From a virus (lineage: Duplodnaviria; Heunggongvirae; Uroviricota; Caudoviricetes), in the IMG/VR virus record IMGVR_UViG_2617270959_000006: a DNA stretch of 28,587 nucleotides; one strand, 5' to 3'. Each line of letters opens with the position of its first letter. Positions within the stretch are counted from its first letter, which is position 1. A program made the position numbers and the translations under genes. Below, in pieces: positions 16,925 through 28,587 of the stretch. Below the pieces are notes generated by a model that made no database searches, had not been told where the DNA came from, and saw only the letters and a list, made by a program, of their open reading frames with translations.

Positions 16925-17307
16925 TGGGGCTTCGTGAAGAGATTCAGTCAGAGGTTGCCGCTGCTTTTGATGAGGATTTAGCGGACGCCGTGAGTGATTT
17001 TTCTGGTTCTTACGTTACGCACCGGCACTGGGATCCTGTGACGGAAACTGGCGGCGAATCCACCGAAATCTATACCGGGCGAGGCGTGTTGACACGTTAT
17101 AAGCTGGGCAGAATTGATGGGATTAATATTTTGCATGGTGACCTTAAATTAACCGCTCTGGTATGCGAGGTTACGGATAAACCAGCTGTCGACCATATTA
17201 TTGAGATTTATGATCCTGTATCAAGGCAGTTACAACGATACGAGGTAATTACAGCAAGTGTAGATCCTTCCGCATCAGTTTACTCTATCCAGTTAAGGAG
17301 AGCGTAA
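16924..17307 (+). CDS. Head-tail joining protein (putative), 127 aa
   Basis: Start overlaps upstream stop (TAATG); assigned by position. Confidence 0.5.
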   Translation: MGLREEIQSEVAAAFDEDLADAVSDFSGSYVTHRHWDPVTETGGESTEIYTGRGVLTRYKLGRIDGINILHGDLKLTALVCEVTDKPAVDHIIEIYDPVSRQLQRYEVITASVDPSASVYSIQLRRA

Positions 17308-17688
17308 ATGGCAAAGGCATGGGATATAGAACCGTCAATATTTGCCGGGATGATTGAGGAAGATGTAGGGCTGAAGATTCGCTACATCGCTATTCAGATT
17401 CTTACTGCTATTGATATTGCTGCTCCGGTTGATACCGGACGTTTCAGAAATAACAACCTGGTGTCGTTACAGCATCCCGATTTTGGTATATCTGATAACG
17501 TGGATCCGAACGGTACGATTGCTGTTCAGCGTGGGATCGGGGTTATTTCGAAAGCTGCAAATTACGGAGTTATTTATATCCAGAATAACCTTCCTTATGC
17601 AGAGGCTCTTGAAAACGGTCATTCACAACAAGCGCCAACTGGCGTGTATGCCAACGCTTTTCATGGTGTTTTACAGGCTTACAAATGA
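17308..17688 (+). CDS. HK97 gp10-like head-tail/neck protein (putative), 126 aa
   Basis: Contains DTGRFRNN, reminiscent of the gp10-family motif; GGAGAG SD. Confidence 0.5.
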   Translation: MAKAWDIEPSIFAGMIEEDVGLKIRYIAIQILTAIDIAAPVDTGRFRNNNLVSLQHPDFGISDNVDPNGTIAVQRGIGVISKAANYGVIYIQNNLPYAEALENGHSQQAPTGVYANAFHGVLQAYK

Positions 17689-18077
17689 CGTTTACTGAAA
17701 TCAGAAATACGGTTATTTCCAGAATGACGGCACAGACGATTATTGATGGAAAAGACGTATTGTATCCGAACGCGCCAACGTTCGATCCTTCCGGTAAGTT
17801 AATCTGGGCGCGGTTAAGTAATATTCCCGGGCAGGCTGGAGTTAATGAAATTGGCGCGGGGCCGATTGTTTATCGCACGGGGATAATCATTATTCAGTTA
17901 TTTGTCCCCGCAGGTTCTGGTTCAAAACTCATTACTGAGACAGCCGATAAATTGCGGGAACTGTTTGAGTTTCAGGATGACGATCGTCTCAGTTACCAGG
18001 CTGTTTCCTCAATAGCCGTTGGCGAAAAGAATGGCTGGTTCCAGCTTAATCTTCAAATTCCATATCGCGCGCTCTAG
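17685..18077 (+). CDS. Tail completion / tail terminator protein (putative), 130 aa
   Basis: Start overlaps upstream stop (ATGA); assigned by position immediately before the tail tube gene. Confidence 0.45.
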   Translation: MTFTEIRNTVISRMTAQTIIDGKDVLYPNAPTFDPSGKLIWARLSNIPGQAGVNEIGAGPIVYRTGIIIIQLFVPAGSGSKLITETADKLRELFEFQDDDRLSYQAVSSIAVGEKNGWFQLNLQIPYRAL

Positions 18078-18103
18078 CGCAATTAATGACATAGGAGGCT
18101 CCT

Positions 18104-19066
18104 GTGAGTTCAGGTGCAAAGGTTATCTCGGCATTTATCCGGGAGACGGTTGCAGGCACTACGCCAGCAAGTGGTGACTGGAGTTTATTAAAACGCACAA
18201 GCTGGGGAGTAAAACCCACCCAGAATAAAGGCGAAAATAATGAGATTGGTGGCTCCCGGATGGCTCAGGGGGCGACGCCTGGCACTGTGGATGTCGGCGG
18301 TGATGTTGGTACCAAATTTCGCTGGGGTCAACATGATGATTTTCTTGCATCCTGTTTCGGCGCGGAATGGTCAGGCGATTCTCTGACAATGGGGAATGAG
18401 CGAATAACATTTTCTCTGGCGACCTATGCGTCCGATGTCGGAATTGCCTCTGTCGTCAGAGGAGCGCAGGTTGGCTCATGGAAAATGCAGATCCCTAACG
18501 ACGGCGATATTACAGCGACCGTAACCTTTGCCGGACTGGACTGGGAATCAAAGGCCGATGATACGAATTTTATCAAAGGCGAACCTGTGGATAGTGCAGG
18601 AAAGCTACGTTATTCGTTTAAGGAGGTTTCAGCAGTAAGCCTGAATGGTGTTGCCGGAGGTAACGGTTTTTGTATCGACAGTTTTGATATTCAGTTCGAT
18701 AACAAACTCCAGACACAGCGTTGTATCGGGACTGGCTCGCCTTATGCAGGAGCAAATATTCCGACTACTTTTACACCGTCCGGTACGGTGACGCTTTCAT
18801 GGTCTAAAGCCGCGTGGGAAATCTGGAGTAAAACACTGACTGGAGAAACAGTTCCGTTCAGCTTCACGCTTTCGAATGGAGAGGGGGCATACACTTTCAG
18901 TTTCCCGAAGGTTCAGGTGTCAGGTGAATGGCCTGATGGGGGTAATAGCGACATTATCCAGGTTCAATTGAGCATTACCGCAGCAGATGAAGCACCTACG
19001 ATAACCAGAAAAAAAAATTCCCCGGCTGCCGTGATCGCAAAAGCCAGTGCTGAGGCGATTAGTTGA
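18104..19066 (+). CDS. Major tail (tube) protein, 320 aa
   Basis: GTG start with AGGAGG 8 nt upstream; Gly/Thr/Ser-rich beta-type composition; position upstream of chaperone and tape measure. Confidence 0.6.
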   Translation: MSSGAKVISAFIRETVAGTTPASGDWSLLKRTSWGVKPTQNKGENNEIGGSRMAQGATPGTVDVGGDVGTKFRWGQHDDFLASCFGAEWSGDSLTMGNERITFSLATYASDVGIASVVRGAQVGSWKMQIPNDGDITATVTFAGLDWESKADDTNFIKGEPVDSAGKLRYSFKEVSAVSLNGVAGGNGFCIDSFDIQFDNKLQTQRCIGTGSPYAGANIPTTFTPSGTVTLSWSKAAWEIWSKTLTGETVPFSFTLSNGEGAYTFSFPKVQVSGEWPDGGNSDIIQVQLSITAADEAPTITRKKNSPAAVIAKASAEAIS

Positions 19067-19114
19067 TTTTCCGTTATTCCTCCTGTGGTACTGCCCTACA
19101 GGGGGACGCATTGA

Positions 19115-19576
19115 ATGAGGTTATGGATGTTTATTCTTAATCAGAAAATTATCATTGGTGGAGAACGCTGGTTTACGCCAATGAAGGACTTAAAACCTGT
19201 AGACGGGTTAAAACTGTTGGTGGCAAGCAGCGATAACGATCAGTATCGCTCCCGTAATGCATTAATCCGTCGCCACATTGAGAAAATGGATGCCAGTTTG
19301 CACGTCGGAACGAAGGAGTTTGATATTTCAAAGGTTTCCGAGGTGGATTCTGTTGATGATTTACTCATTGATAATGCCGCTCGTTATCTGCTGAAAGACT
19401 GGAAAGGGGTTGGTGAACTGGTTAATGGTGTTGAGGTTGCACTGGAATATACGGCAGAACGAGGGATCGCGCTGCTTAAGCAGAATCCAGAGTTGTACTG
19501 GCAGATCCTTGCAGAAGCAGCCAGCATCGCCCAGGGTAAAGAGCAGCAGAAGCAGGATACGATAAAAAAGCCATAG
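19115..19576 (+). CDS. Tail assembly chaperone (gpG-like), 153 aa
   Basis: GGGGGA SD; acidic protein ending at a slippery A_AAA_AAG heptamer just before its stop; directly upstream of the tape measure gene. Confidence 0.6.
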   Translation: MRLWMFILNQKIIIGGERWFTPMKDLKPVDGLKLLVASSDNDQYRSRNALIRRHIEKMDASLHVGTKEFDISKVSEVDSVDDLLIDNAARYLLKDWKGVGELVNGVEVALEYTAERGIALLKQNPELYWQILAEAASIAQGKEQQKQDTIKKP

Positions 19577-19884
19577 CTGCCCAGCGGTGGTTATCGGAGT
19601 TCGGGGGAGAAAGGGGGGAAAAGGCAAGATGGAAGCGAGAAAAACTCAGGTTGCCACCGATACCGGAACCAGAAATAGACCCGGTGCTTAAGGAGTTGTT
19701 GTACGCCTATTCGGTAATATCCCGTGCCCGACGTTATGCTGGAATGGCTGGGGTGCCTTTGCCTTTATCTCTGACAGAGATAAATGAATATTTAGCCACT
19801 CATCCGGTATTGATTGAGCGCGATGAATTTGAAGCAGTGATCTTTGCACTGGATGACCAGTATTTTCAGGAGCAGTGTGTGTAG
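19115..19884 (+). CDS. Tail assembly chaperone frameshift product (gpGT-like), predicted via -1 ribosomal frameshift at 19564-19570
   Basis: The -1 frame is open from before the heptamer through 19884 (I translated it by hand back to 19549); the track's 19651 ORF is the distal part of this frame. Confidence 0.55.
19564..19570 (+). other. Programmed -1 frameshift slippery heptamer A_AAA_AAG
   Basis: In the zero frame of the chaperone ORF (codons AAA 19565-19567, AAG 19568-19570), 4 nt before its stop codon. Confidence 0.6.
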
Positions 19885-20004
19885 TTGTTAATTACGTACA
19901 CTCTGTTACAGAGATGTGATGGTGTCTTTAATTAAATCGATGATGCTCCTGGAGAAAAGCATTGCGTGGCCTCGTAATCGCTATATCTACTATTATGTCG
20001 CCTG

Positions 20005-20032
20005 AAACCCACTTCGCGGTGGGTTTTTTGTT
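20005..20032 (+). terminator. Intrinsic terminator-like hairpin immediately upstream of the tape measure gene
   Basis: acccac-ttcgcg-gtgggt followed by tttttgttg; 17 nt before the TMP start codon. Confidence 0.6.
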
Positions 20033-20049
20033 GTCAGGAGTTTTAATAA

Positions 20050-23000
20050 ATGGCAGAGCAAACCTCGCGTCTCGCAATAATTATTGATAGCACTGGAGCG
20101 AAAAATAATGCTGACAATCTGACCTCCTCATTAGTCAAAATGACGCAGGCTGGGGAAACTGCTGCAAATAGCGCAGGGAAAGTGACTAAGGCAACAGAAG
20201 ATGAGAAGAACGCGCTCGCAAAATTAAAAGTAGCTATTGATCCAGTTGGTGCCGCAATTGATACTGTCGGTCGACGCTATTCTGAATTAAAGAAATTTTT
20301 CGATAAAGGGCTTATTGATAAAGAAGAATATGAATTTCTTGTCCGTAAACTTAATGAAACCACAGAGGAATTGAGCGGGGTTGCGCAAGCGCAGAGAGAA
20401 GCCGAGAAGGCCGGAAAACTTGCTGCCGCCCAGCAGGAAGCGCAGGCTCAGGCCTTTCAAAGAATGCTGGACAAGATCGACCCTCTGGCTGCGGCGCTAA
20501 GAAATCTTGAACAACAGCATGATGAACTTAATGCTGCGTTTGCATCCGGGAAAATAAATGGTTCTCAGTTTGAGAATTATAGCCGAAAAATACAGGAAAC
20601 ACGGCGAGAGCTTACCGGAGAGGCTCAGGCAGAGCGAGAAGCAGCAAAAGCGCATGATGAACAGGTTGTTGCTTTGCAACGTCTGATTGCTCAACTTGAT
20701 CCTGTCGGAACTGCTTTTAATCGTCTGGTAGAACAACAGAAACAGCTCAATGAAGCAAAAGCTAAGGGGATGCTTTCTCCTGAAATGTATGAGGAGCTTT
20801 CTGGAAAACTTCGTGCTATGCGGAGTGAGCTTGAGGTTACTCAATCACAATTAAGCAAAACCGGAATGTCGGCAAAACAAACGGCTTTTGCTATGCGCAT
20901 GTTGCCTGCACAAATGACGGATATTGTTGTTGGGTTGTCCACTGGTCAGTCGCCATTTATGGTGTTAATGCAGCAGGGCGGCCAGCTAAAAGATATGTTC
21001 GGTGGGATTGGCCCGGCGATCAAAGGTGTAGGTTCTTATGTGCTGGGATTAGTTAATCCTTTTACCCTAGCCGCAGCAGCCGTTGGGGTCTTAGGACTGG
21101 CTTACTATAAAGGCTCTCAGGAGCAGGACGAATTTAATAAATCTCTTATTCTTACCGGAAATCAGTTGGGGACAACCAGCGGGCAATTGGGCGATATAGC
21201 TCAACGTGCCGGGAATGCGGCTGATTCGACAACTGGTGCTGCGGCGGCAGTATTAAATCAGCTTGTGCGTTCGGGAAAGGTAGCGAGCAGTTCGCTGGAG
21301 CAAGTGACGACAGCGATAGTAAAAACGAGCGAAGTAACAGGAATATCAACCGAACAACTGGTTAATGACTTCAATGAAATTGCAAAGGATCCTGTCAGTG
21401 CCATATCAAAACTTAATGATCAGTACCATTTTCTGACACTTGCGACTTATAACCAGATTAAGGCGCTACAGGATGAAGGGAACCAGCAGGAGGCCGCCCG
21501 CATTGCGACAGAAGAATACTCATCCTCAATGATCCAGCGCACCAACCAGATTAAAGAAAATCTTGGTTATCTTGAGACTGCATGGAAAGCTGTCGCAGAC
21601 TCCGCAAAATGGGCATGGGATTCCATGCTGGATATTGGCCGTGAGACCTCCCTTGATCAAAAAATCTCAGATGTTCCCCGTAAAATTGATAAAAAAAAAA
21701 AAAATCCCCGACCCGGAGTTTTCGGGTTAGGTGGCATTGGAGATGGCGGAGCTCAAAATAAAAGGCTGGCACGATTAAAGCAGCAATTGGGCGTACTTCA
21801 AGCAGAAAAAATTGCTCAGGACGTACTAAATTCATCAATAAACGATTACAACAAGCGACAACAGGAAGGAATTGAACTCAGACAGAGAGCAGATGCCTTT
21901 TCAAAACAATATCAGACCCGGGAGCAGCAGAGAGCTAGTGAACTTGCAAAACTGGAAAAGCTAAAGAATCAGTATTCAAAGGAAGAATATAATAATCTTA
22001 TCGCTCAAATAAATGAGCGTTATAAAGATCCAAAGCAACCAAAGGCGAAAGGTTATTCTGATGATGCAGCCCAACGAATGATTGATCATCTGAATCAACA
22101 GAATGCGTTACTAAGTTCACAAGCTGAGTTGACCGTTAAATTAAGTTCCTCTGAACAGGAACTGGTTAAGTGGCGTCAGCGGATTGCCGACCTAGAGTCA
22201 CGACCATCAACGAAATTAACCCAGGATCAGAAATCGCTTCTCTTACACCGGGAAGAAATAACCGCGTTGATGGAGAAAAATGTTGCGATTGAAAAAAATA
22301 ACAGGCTAATCAAGGAATCCGCCGAAATAACAGCATGGCGTGATTCATTGCAGGCTTCGATTGATAATCGTCAGCAGGGGTATGATATTCAGATTGCTGG
22401 TTATGGGGTTGGCGATAAAAATCAGCAACGCCAGCAGGAATTACTGCGGATTGAACATGGATATAACAATCAGCGTCTGCAACTTGAACGTGACTATGCA
22501 GATAAATCCCGTGGAATGTCAGATCATGTTTTTCAAGAGAAAATGCAGGCTCTGAATGATGCTCTGGAACGGGAAAAAGAAATTGTCAGACAGAAAAACG
22601 AGCAGCTCGATATTCAGGCAGGAGACTGGGTTAGTGGTGCCTCCCAGGGATTCAATAACTGGCTGGATGACACTAAGGATATCAGTGAGCAGATAAAATC
22701 AACCACGACTCAGATGTTTGATGGGATGACCGATGCGCTGGGTGATTTTGTCACGACAGGCAAGGCAAATTTTCGTTCTTTCGCTACTTCCGTGATTTCG
22801 GATCTTAGTCGAATAGCATTAAAGGCTTCAATTACTGGGATTTTCGACAGCATTAGTAACAGTTCTTCTGGGGGGATTTTAGGAACTATCGGGAGTGCTA
22901 TTAGTAAATTTATTCCGAATGCAAAGGGCGGTGTTTATGAGTCTCCGTCATTGAGCACGTATTCGAACGGTATTTATGATTCCCCGCAATTTTTTGCTTT

Positions 23001-23283
23001 TGCAAAAGGGGCTGGTGTTTTTGGTGAGGCTGGACCGGAAGCTATTATGCCATTAACACGAACTTCCGATGGTTCTCTTGGTGTCAGAGCTATTAATAGT
23101 AAAAGTGGTAATGGAGGCGGAGATATTACCTATGCCCCTGTATACCAAATCACTATTCAAAATGACGGCCAGAATGGAGAGATTGGCCCTCAGGCAATAA
23201 AAGCACTTATGGGGATGGTTGATCAGCGGGTGCAGGGCAATCTGTTAAATATGCGACGTGATGGGGGAATGTTAAGTGGCTAA
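20050..23283 (+). CDS. Tail tape measure protein, lambda gpH-like at both ends, 1077 aa
   Basis: [34 protein letters not shown] and C-terminal [16 protein letters not shown]...RRDGGMLSG resemble lambda H as I recall it; long coiled-coil middle. Confidence 0.9.
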   Translation: MAEQTSRLAIIIDSTGAKNNADNLTSSLVKMTQAGETAANSAGKVTKATEDEKNALAKLKVAIDPVGAAIDTVGRRYSELKKFFDKGLIDKEEYEFLVRKLNETTEELSGVAQAQREAEKAGKLAAAQQEAQAQAFQRMLDKIDPLAAALRNLEQQHDELNAAFASGKINGSQFENYSRKIQETRRELTGEAQAEREAAKAHDEQVVALQRLIAQLDPVGTAFNRLVEQQKQLNEAKAKGMLSPEMYEELSGKLRAMRSELEVTQSQLSKTGMSAKQTAFAMRMLPAQMTDIVVGLSTGQSPFMVLMQQGGQLKDMFGGIGPAIKGVGSYVLGLVNPFTLAAAAVGVLGLAYYKGSQEQDEFNKSLILTGNQLGTTSGQLGDIAQRAGNAADSTTGAAAAVLNQLVRSGKVASSSLEQVTTAIVKTSEVTGISTEQLVNDFNEIAKDPVSAISKLNDQYHFLTLATYNQIKALQDEGNQQEAARIATEEYSSSMIQRTNQIKENLGYLETAWKAVADSAKWAWDSMLDIGRETSLDQKISDVPRKIDKKKKNPRPGVFGLGGIGDGGAQNKRLARLKQQLGVLQAEKIAQDVLNSSINDYNKRQQEGIELRQRADAFSKQYQTREQQRASELAKLEKLKNQYSKEEYNNLIAQINERYKDPKQPKAKGYSDDAAQRMIDHLNQQNALLSSQAELTVKLSSSEQELVKWRQRIADLESRPSTKLTQDQKSLLLHREEITALMEKNVAIEKNNRLIKESAEITAWRDSLQASIDNRQQGYDIQIAGYGVGDKNQQRQQELLRIEHGYNNQRLQLERDYADKSRGMSDHVFQEKMQALNDALEREKEIVRQKNEQLDIQAGDWVSGASQGFNNWLDDTKDISEQIKSTTTQMFDGMTDALGDFVTTGKANFRSFATSVISDLSRIALKASITGIFDSISNSSSGGILGTIGSAISKFIPNAKGGVYESPSLSTYSNGIYDSPQFFAFAKGAGVFGEAGPEAIMPLTRTSDGSLGVRAINSKSGNGGGDITYAPVYQITIQNDGQNGEIGPQAIKALMGMVDQRVQGNLLNMRRDGGMLSG
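21691..21704. repeat. A14 homopolymer tract inside the tape-measure coding sequence
   Basis: Fourteen consecutive A encoding KKKKN within ...[12 protein letters not shown]... Confidence 0.9.
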
Positions 23284-23317
23284 TACGGAAGAATTTCACT
23301 GGTTACCAGAGGATGGA

Positions 23318-23614
23318 ATGAAAACAGAAAATAAACCATCGATAAAAACTGTAAGATTTGGTGATGGTTATGAGCAACGAAGTCCAAATGGACTTAATCA
23401 TTCTCTGCGCGTTTTCACCTGTGATTTCAAAGTTGAGGCGAATGAACGTGATTCATTTGAAAAATTTTTAGCCCGGCATGAAGGCTATAAATCTTTTTTT
23501 TGGCGCCCGCCGGGTATTAACAGAAAAATCAGAGTGGTGTGTCGAACGTGGTCAGCGACAGAACATATCACCTATACCGATTTTTCGTGTCAGTTTGACG
23601 AAGTGGTGATCTGA
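23318..23614 (+). CDS. M: Minor tail protein M (lambda gpM homolog), 98 aa
   Basis: ATG at 23318 with GAGGA SD; ...VRFGDGYEQRSPNGLN...FLARHEGYKSFFWRPP...FDEVVI matches lambda M as I recall it. The track's 23276 start overlaps the TMP end. Confidence 0.85.
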   Translation: MKTENKPSIKTVRFGDGYEQRSPNGLNHSLRVFTCDFKVEANERDSFEKFLARHEGYKSFFWRPPGINRKIRVVCRTWSATEHITYTDFSCQFDEVVI

Positions 23615-24312
23615 TGCAGGACATACGACAGGAAACACTGAATGAATGCATCCGTGTGGAGCAGACGGCCAGCGTGGTGCTCTGGGAAATTGATCTGACA
23701 GAGGTCGGTGGGGAGCGTTACTTTTTCTGCAATGAGCAGAATGAAAAAGGTGAACCGGTTACCTGGCAGGGGCGAAAGTATCAGGCGTACCCCATTCAGG
23801 GAAGCGGCTTTGAGATGAACGGTAAGGGCAGCAGCGCACGTCCCACACTTAAGGTATCTAACCTGTATGGCATGGTCACCGGGATGGCCGAAGACCTGCA
23901 GAGTCTGGTCGGCGGAACGGTGGTCAGGCGTAAGGTTTATGCCCGTTTTCTGGATGCGGTGAACTTCATCAACGGAAACAGCGAAGCCGATCCGGAGCAG
24001 GAGGTGATCAGCCGCTGGCGCATCGAGCAGTGCAGCGAACTGAGCGCGGTCAGTGCCTCCTTTGTACTGTCCACGCCGACGGAAACGGACGGCGCTGTTT
24101 TTCCGGGGCGCATCATGCTGGCCAACACCTGCACCTGGACCTATCGCGGTGATGAGTGCGGTTATCACGGTCCGGCGGTCGCGGATGAATATGACCAGCC
24201 GACATCCGAAATCACGAAGGATAAATGCAGCAAATGCCTGAGTGGCTGTAAGTTCCGCAATAATGTCGGCAACTTTGGCGGCTTCCTTTCCATTAACAAA
24301 CTTTCGCAGTAA
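23614..24312 (+). CDS. L: Minor tail protein L (lambda gpL homolog), 232 aa
   Basis: MQDIRQETLNECIRVEQTASVVLWEIDLTEVGGERYFF... is near-identical to lambda L as I recall it; start overlaps M stop. Confidence 0.9.
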   Translation: MQDIRQETLNECIRVEQTASVVLWEIDLTEVGGERYFFCNEQNEKGEPVTWQGRKYQAYPIQGSGFEMNGKGSSARPTLKVSNLYGMVTGMAEDLQSLVGGTVVRRKVYARFLDAVNFINGNSEADPEQEVISRWRIEQCSELSAVSASFVLSTPTETDGAVFPGRIMLANTCTWTYRGDECGYHGPAVADEYDQPTSEITKDKCSKCLSGCKFRNNVGNFGGFLSINKLSQ

Positions 24313-24317
24313 ATCCC

Positions 24318-25061
24318 ATGACAGAGACAGAATCAGCGATTCTGGCGCACGCCCGGCGATGTGCGCCAGCGGAGTCGTGCGGCTTCGTGGTGAGAACGTC
24401 GGAAGGGGAAAGATATTTTCCCTGCGTGAATATCTCCGGTGAGCCGGAGGATTATTTCCAGATGGCTCCGGAGGACTGGCTGCGGGCAGAGATGCAGGGT
24501 GAGATTGTGGCGCTGGTCCACAGCCACCCCGGTGGCCTGCCCTGGCTGAGTGAGGCTGACCGGCGGCTGCAGGTGCAGAGTGATTTGCCATGGTGGCTGG
24601 TCTGCCGGGGGGCGATTCATAAATTCCGCTGTGTGCCGCATCTTACCGGGCGGCGCTTTGAGCACGGGGTGACGGACTGTTACACGCTGTTCCGGGACGC
24701 TTACCATCTGGCGGGGATTGAGATGCCGGATTTTCATCGCGAGGATGACTGGTGGCGTAACGGCCAGAATCTCTATCTGGATAATCTGGAGGCCACAGGG
24801 CTGTATCAGGTGCCGTTGTCATCAGCACAACCGGGTGATGTGCTGCTGTGCTGTTTTGGTTCATCGGTGCCGAATCATGCCGCCATTTACTGTGGTGACG
24901 GCGAGCTGCTGCACCATATTCCTGAACAACTGAGTAAACGAGAGAGGTATACCGACAAATGGCAGCGACGCACACACTCCCTCTGGCGTCACCGGGCATG
25001 GCGCGAATCTGCCTTTACGGGGATTTACAACGATTTGGCCGCCGCATCGACCTGCGTGTGA
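24318..25061 (+). CDS. K: Tail assembly protein K (lambda gpK homolog; MPN/JAB + NlpC/P60-like), 247 aa
   Basis: MTETESAILAHARRCAPAESCGFVV...HSHPGG... is near-identical to lambda K as I recall it. Confidence 0.9.
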   Translation: MTETESAILAHARRCAPAESCGFVVRTSEGERYFPCVNISGEPEDYFQMAPEDWLRAEMQGEIVALVHSHPGGLPWLSEADRRLQVQSDLPWWLVCRGAIHKFRCVPHLTGRRFEHGVTDCYTLFRDAYHLAGIEMPDFHREDDWWRNGQNLYLDNLEATGLYQVPLSSAQPGDVLLCCFGSSVPNHAAIYCGDGELLHHIPEQLSKRERYTDKWQRRTHSLWRHRAWRESAFTGIYNDLAAASTCV

Positions 25062-25606
25062 AAACGGGGGCCGAAGCAGTCCGGGCGCTGACCACACAGC
25101 TTCCGGCGTTTCGTCAGAAACTGAGCGACGGCTGGTATCAGGTACGCATTGCCGGGCGTGATGCAGGTGAAACTGAATTATCAGCCCGTCTTAATGAACC
25201 GCTGGCAAATGGTGCCGTGATCCACATTGTGCCGCGTCTGGCGGGAGCCAAAAGTGGCGGTCTTTTTCAGGCTGTGCTGGGGGCGGCGCTGATTGCGGTG
25301 GCATGGTGGAACCCTGCAGGTTGGTTGGGGGCTGCCGCAATTACAGGAATGTATGGTGCGGGGGCCAGTATGGTGCTCGGTGGTGTGGCGCAGATGCTGG
25401 CACCGAAAGCCAGAACTCCCCGTACACAGACAACGGATAACGGCAAACAGAACACCTATTTCTCCTCACTGGATAACATGGTTGCCCAGGGCAATGTTCT
25501 GCCGGTTCTGTACGGTGAAATGCGCGTGGGGTCACGGGTGATTTCGCAGGAGATCAGCACGGCAGATGAAGGAGATGGTGGTCAGGTTGTGGTGATTGGT
25601 CGTTGA
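24959..25606 (+). CDS. I: Tail assembly protein I (lambda gpI homolog), 215 aa; overlaps K by 103 nt in another frame
   Basis: MAATHTLPLASPGMARICLYGDLQRFGRRIDLRVKTGAEA... matches lambda I as I recall it. Confidence 0.85.
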   Translation: MAATHTLPLASPGMARICLYGDLQRFGRRIDLRVKTGAEAVRALTTQLPAFRQKLSDGWYQVRIAGRDAGETELSARLNEPLANGAVIHIVPRLAGAKSGGLFQAVLGAALIAVAWWNPAGWLGAAAITGMYGAGASMVLGGVAQMLAPKARTPRTQTTDNGKQNTYFSSLDNMVAQGNVLPVLYGEMRVGSRVISQEISTADEGDGGQVVVIGR

Positions 25607-25625
25607 TGCAGAATGTTTTGTGTGA

Positions 25626-25650
25626 AACCGCCTCAGGGCGGTTTTGTCGT
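25626..25650 (+). terminator. Hairpin with weak U-tract between I and J (attenuator-like)
   Basis: aaccgcc-tcag-ggcggtt followed by ttgtcgttt. Confidence 0.35.
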
Positions 25651-25663
25651 TTCTGGAGCGTGA

Positions 25664-28587
<2,924 letters not shown>

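Noticed and set aside
23590-24591. 333-aa minus-strand ORF (Pro/Ala/Arg-rich)
   Set aside because: Lies antisense to the lambda-like L and K genes, which are clearly the real coding frames; long antisense ORFs are expected in GC-rich sequence; composition is non-protein-like.
24053-25541. Short + and - strand ORFs within K/I (24053-24241, 24242-24442, 24333-24737, 24643-24999, 24718-24933, 24861-25097, 25267-25455, 25293-25541, 25341-25535)
   Set aside because: Embedded in or antisense to lambda K/I homologs; GC-rich chance ORFs.

Overview
This window reads as a contiguous stretch of a lambdoid (Rac-like) enterobacterial prophage, transcribed entirely on the + strand, with a complete IS186 copy at its left edge. 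From left to right: IS186 (1-1343); a nin-type block ending in a Q-like gene (1793-3221); a short promoter/terminator unit, two tRNAs (Thr-UGU, Gly-UCC) and a ~780-bp ORF-poor leader; a phage-21-type lysis cassette (dual-start pinholin, SAR endolysin, Rz with embedded Rz1); the low-GC moron trkG; a two-gene ParB-like nuclease-domain + GT-A-like cassette; terminase small and large subunits; portal, Mu-F-like head protein, scaffold and major capsid; four head-tail joining proteins; tail tube; tail chaperone with a -1 frameshift site; a 1077-aa tape measure; and lambda-like tail-tip genes M, L, K, I and J (J runs off the 3' end). I found no CRISPR array, integrase or credible minus-strand gene. 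The long minus-strand ORFs in the track are antisense artefacts of GC-rich + strand genes. The most interesting candidates for something undescribed are the ParB-like/GT-A-like pair just upstream of the terminase, the TGCGCA repeat array inside an oversized terS, T-arm anomalies in both tRNAs, and an A14 tract inside the tape-measure gene. All protein names rest on my reading of the translations, motifs and gene order; no database search was possible.
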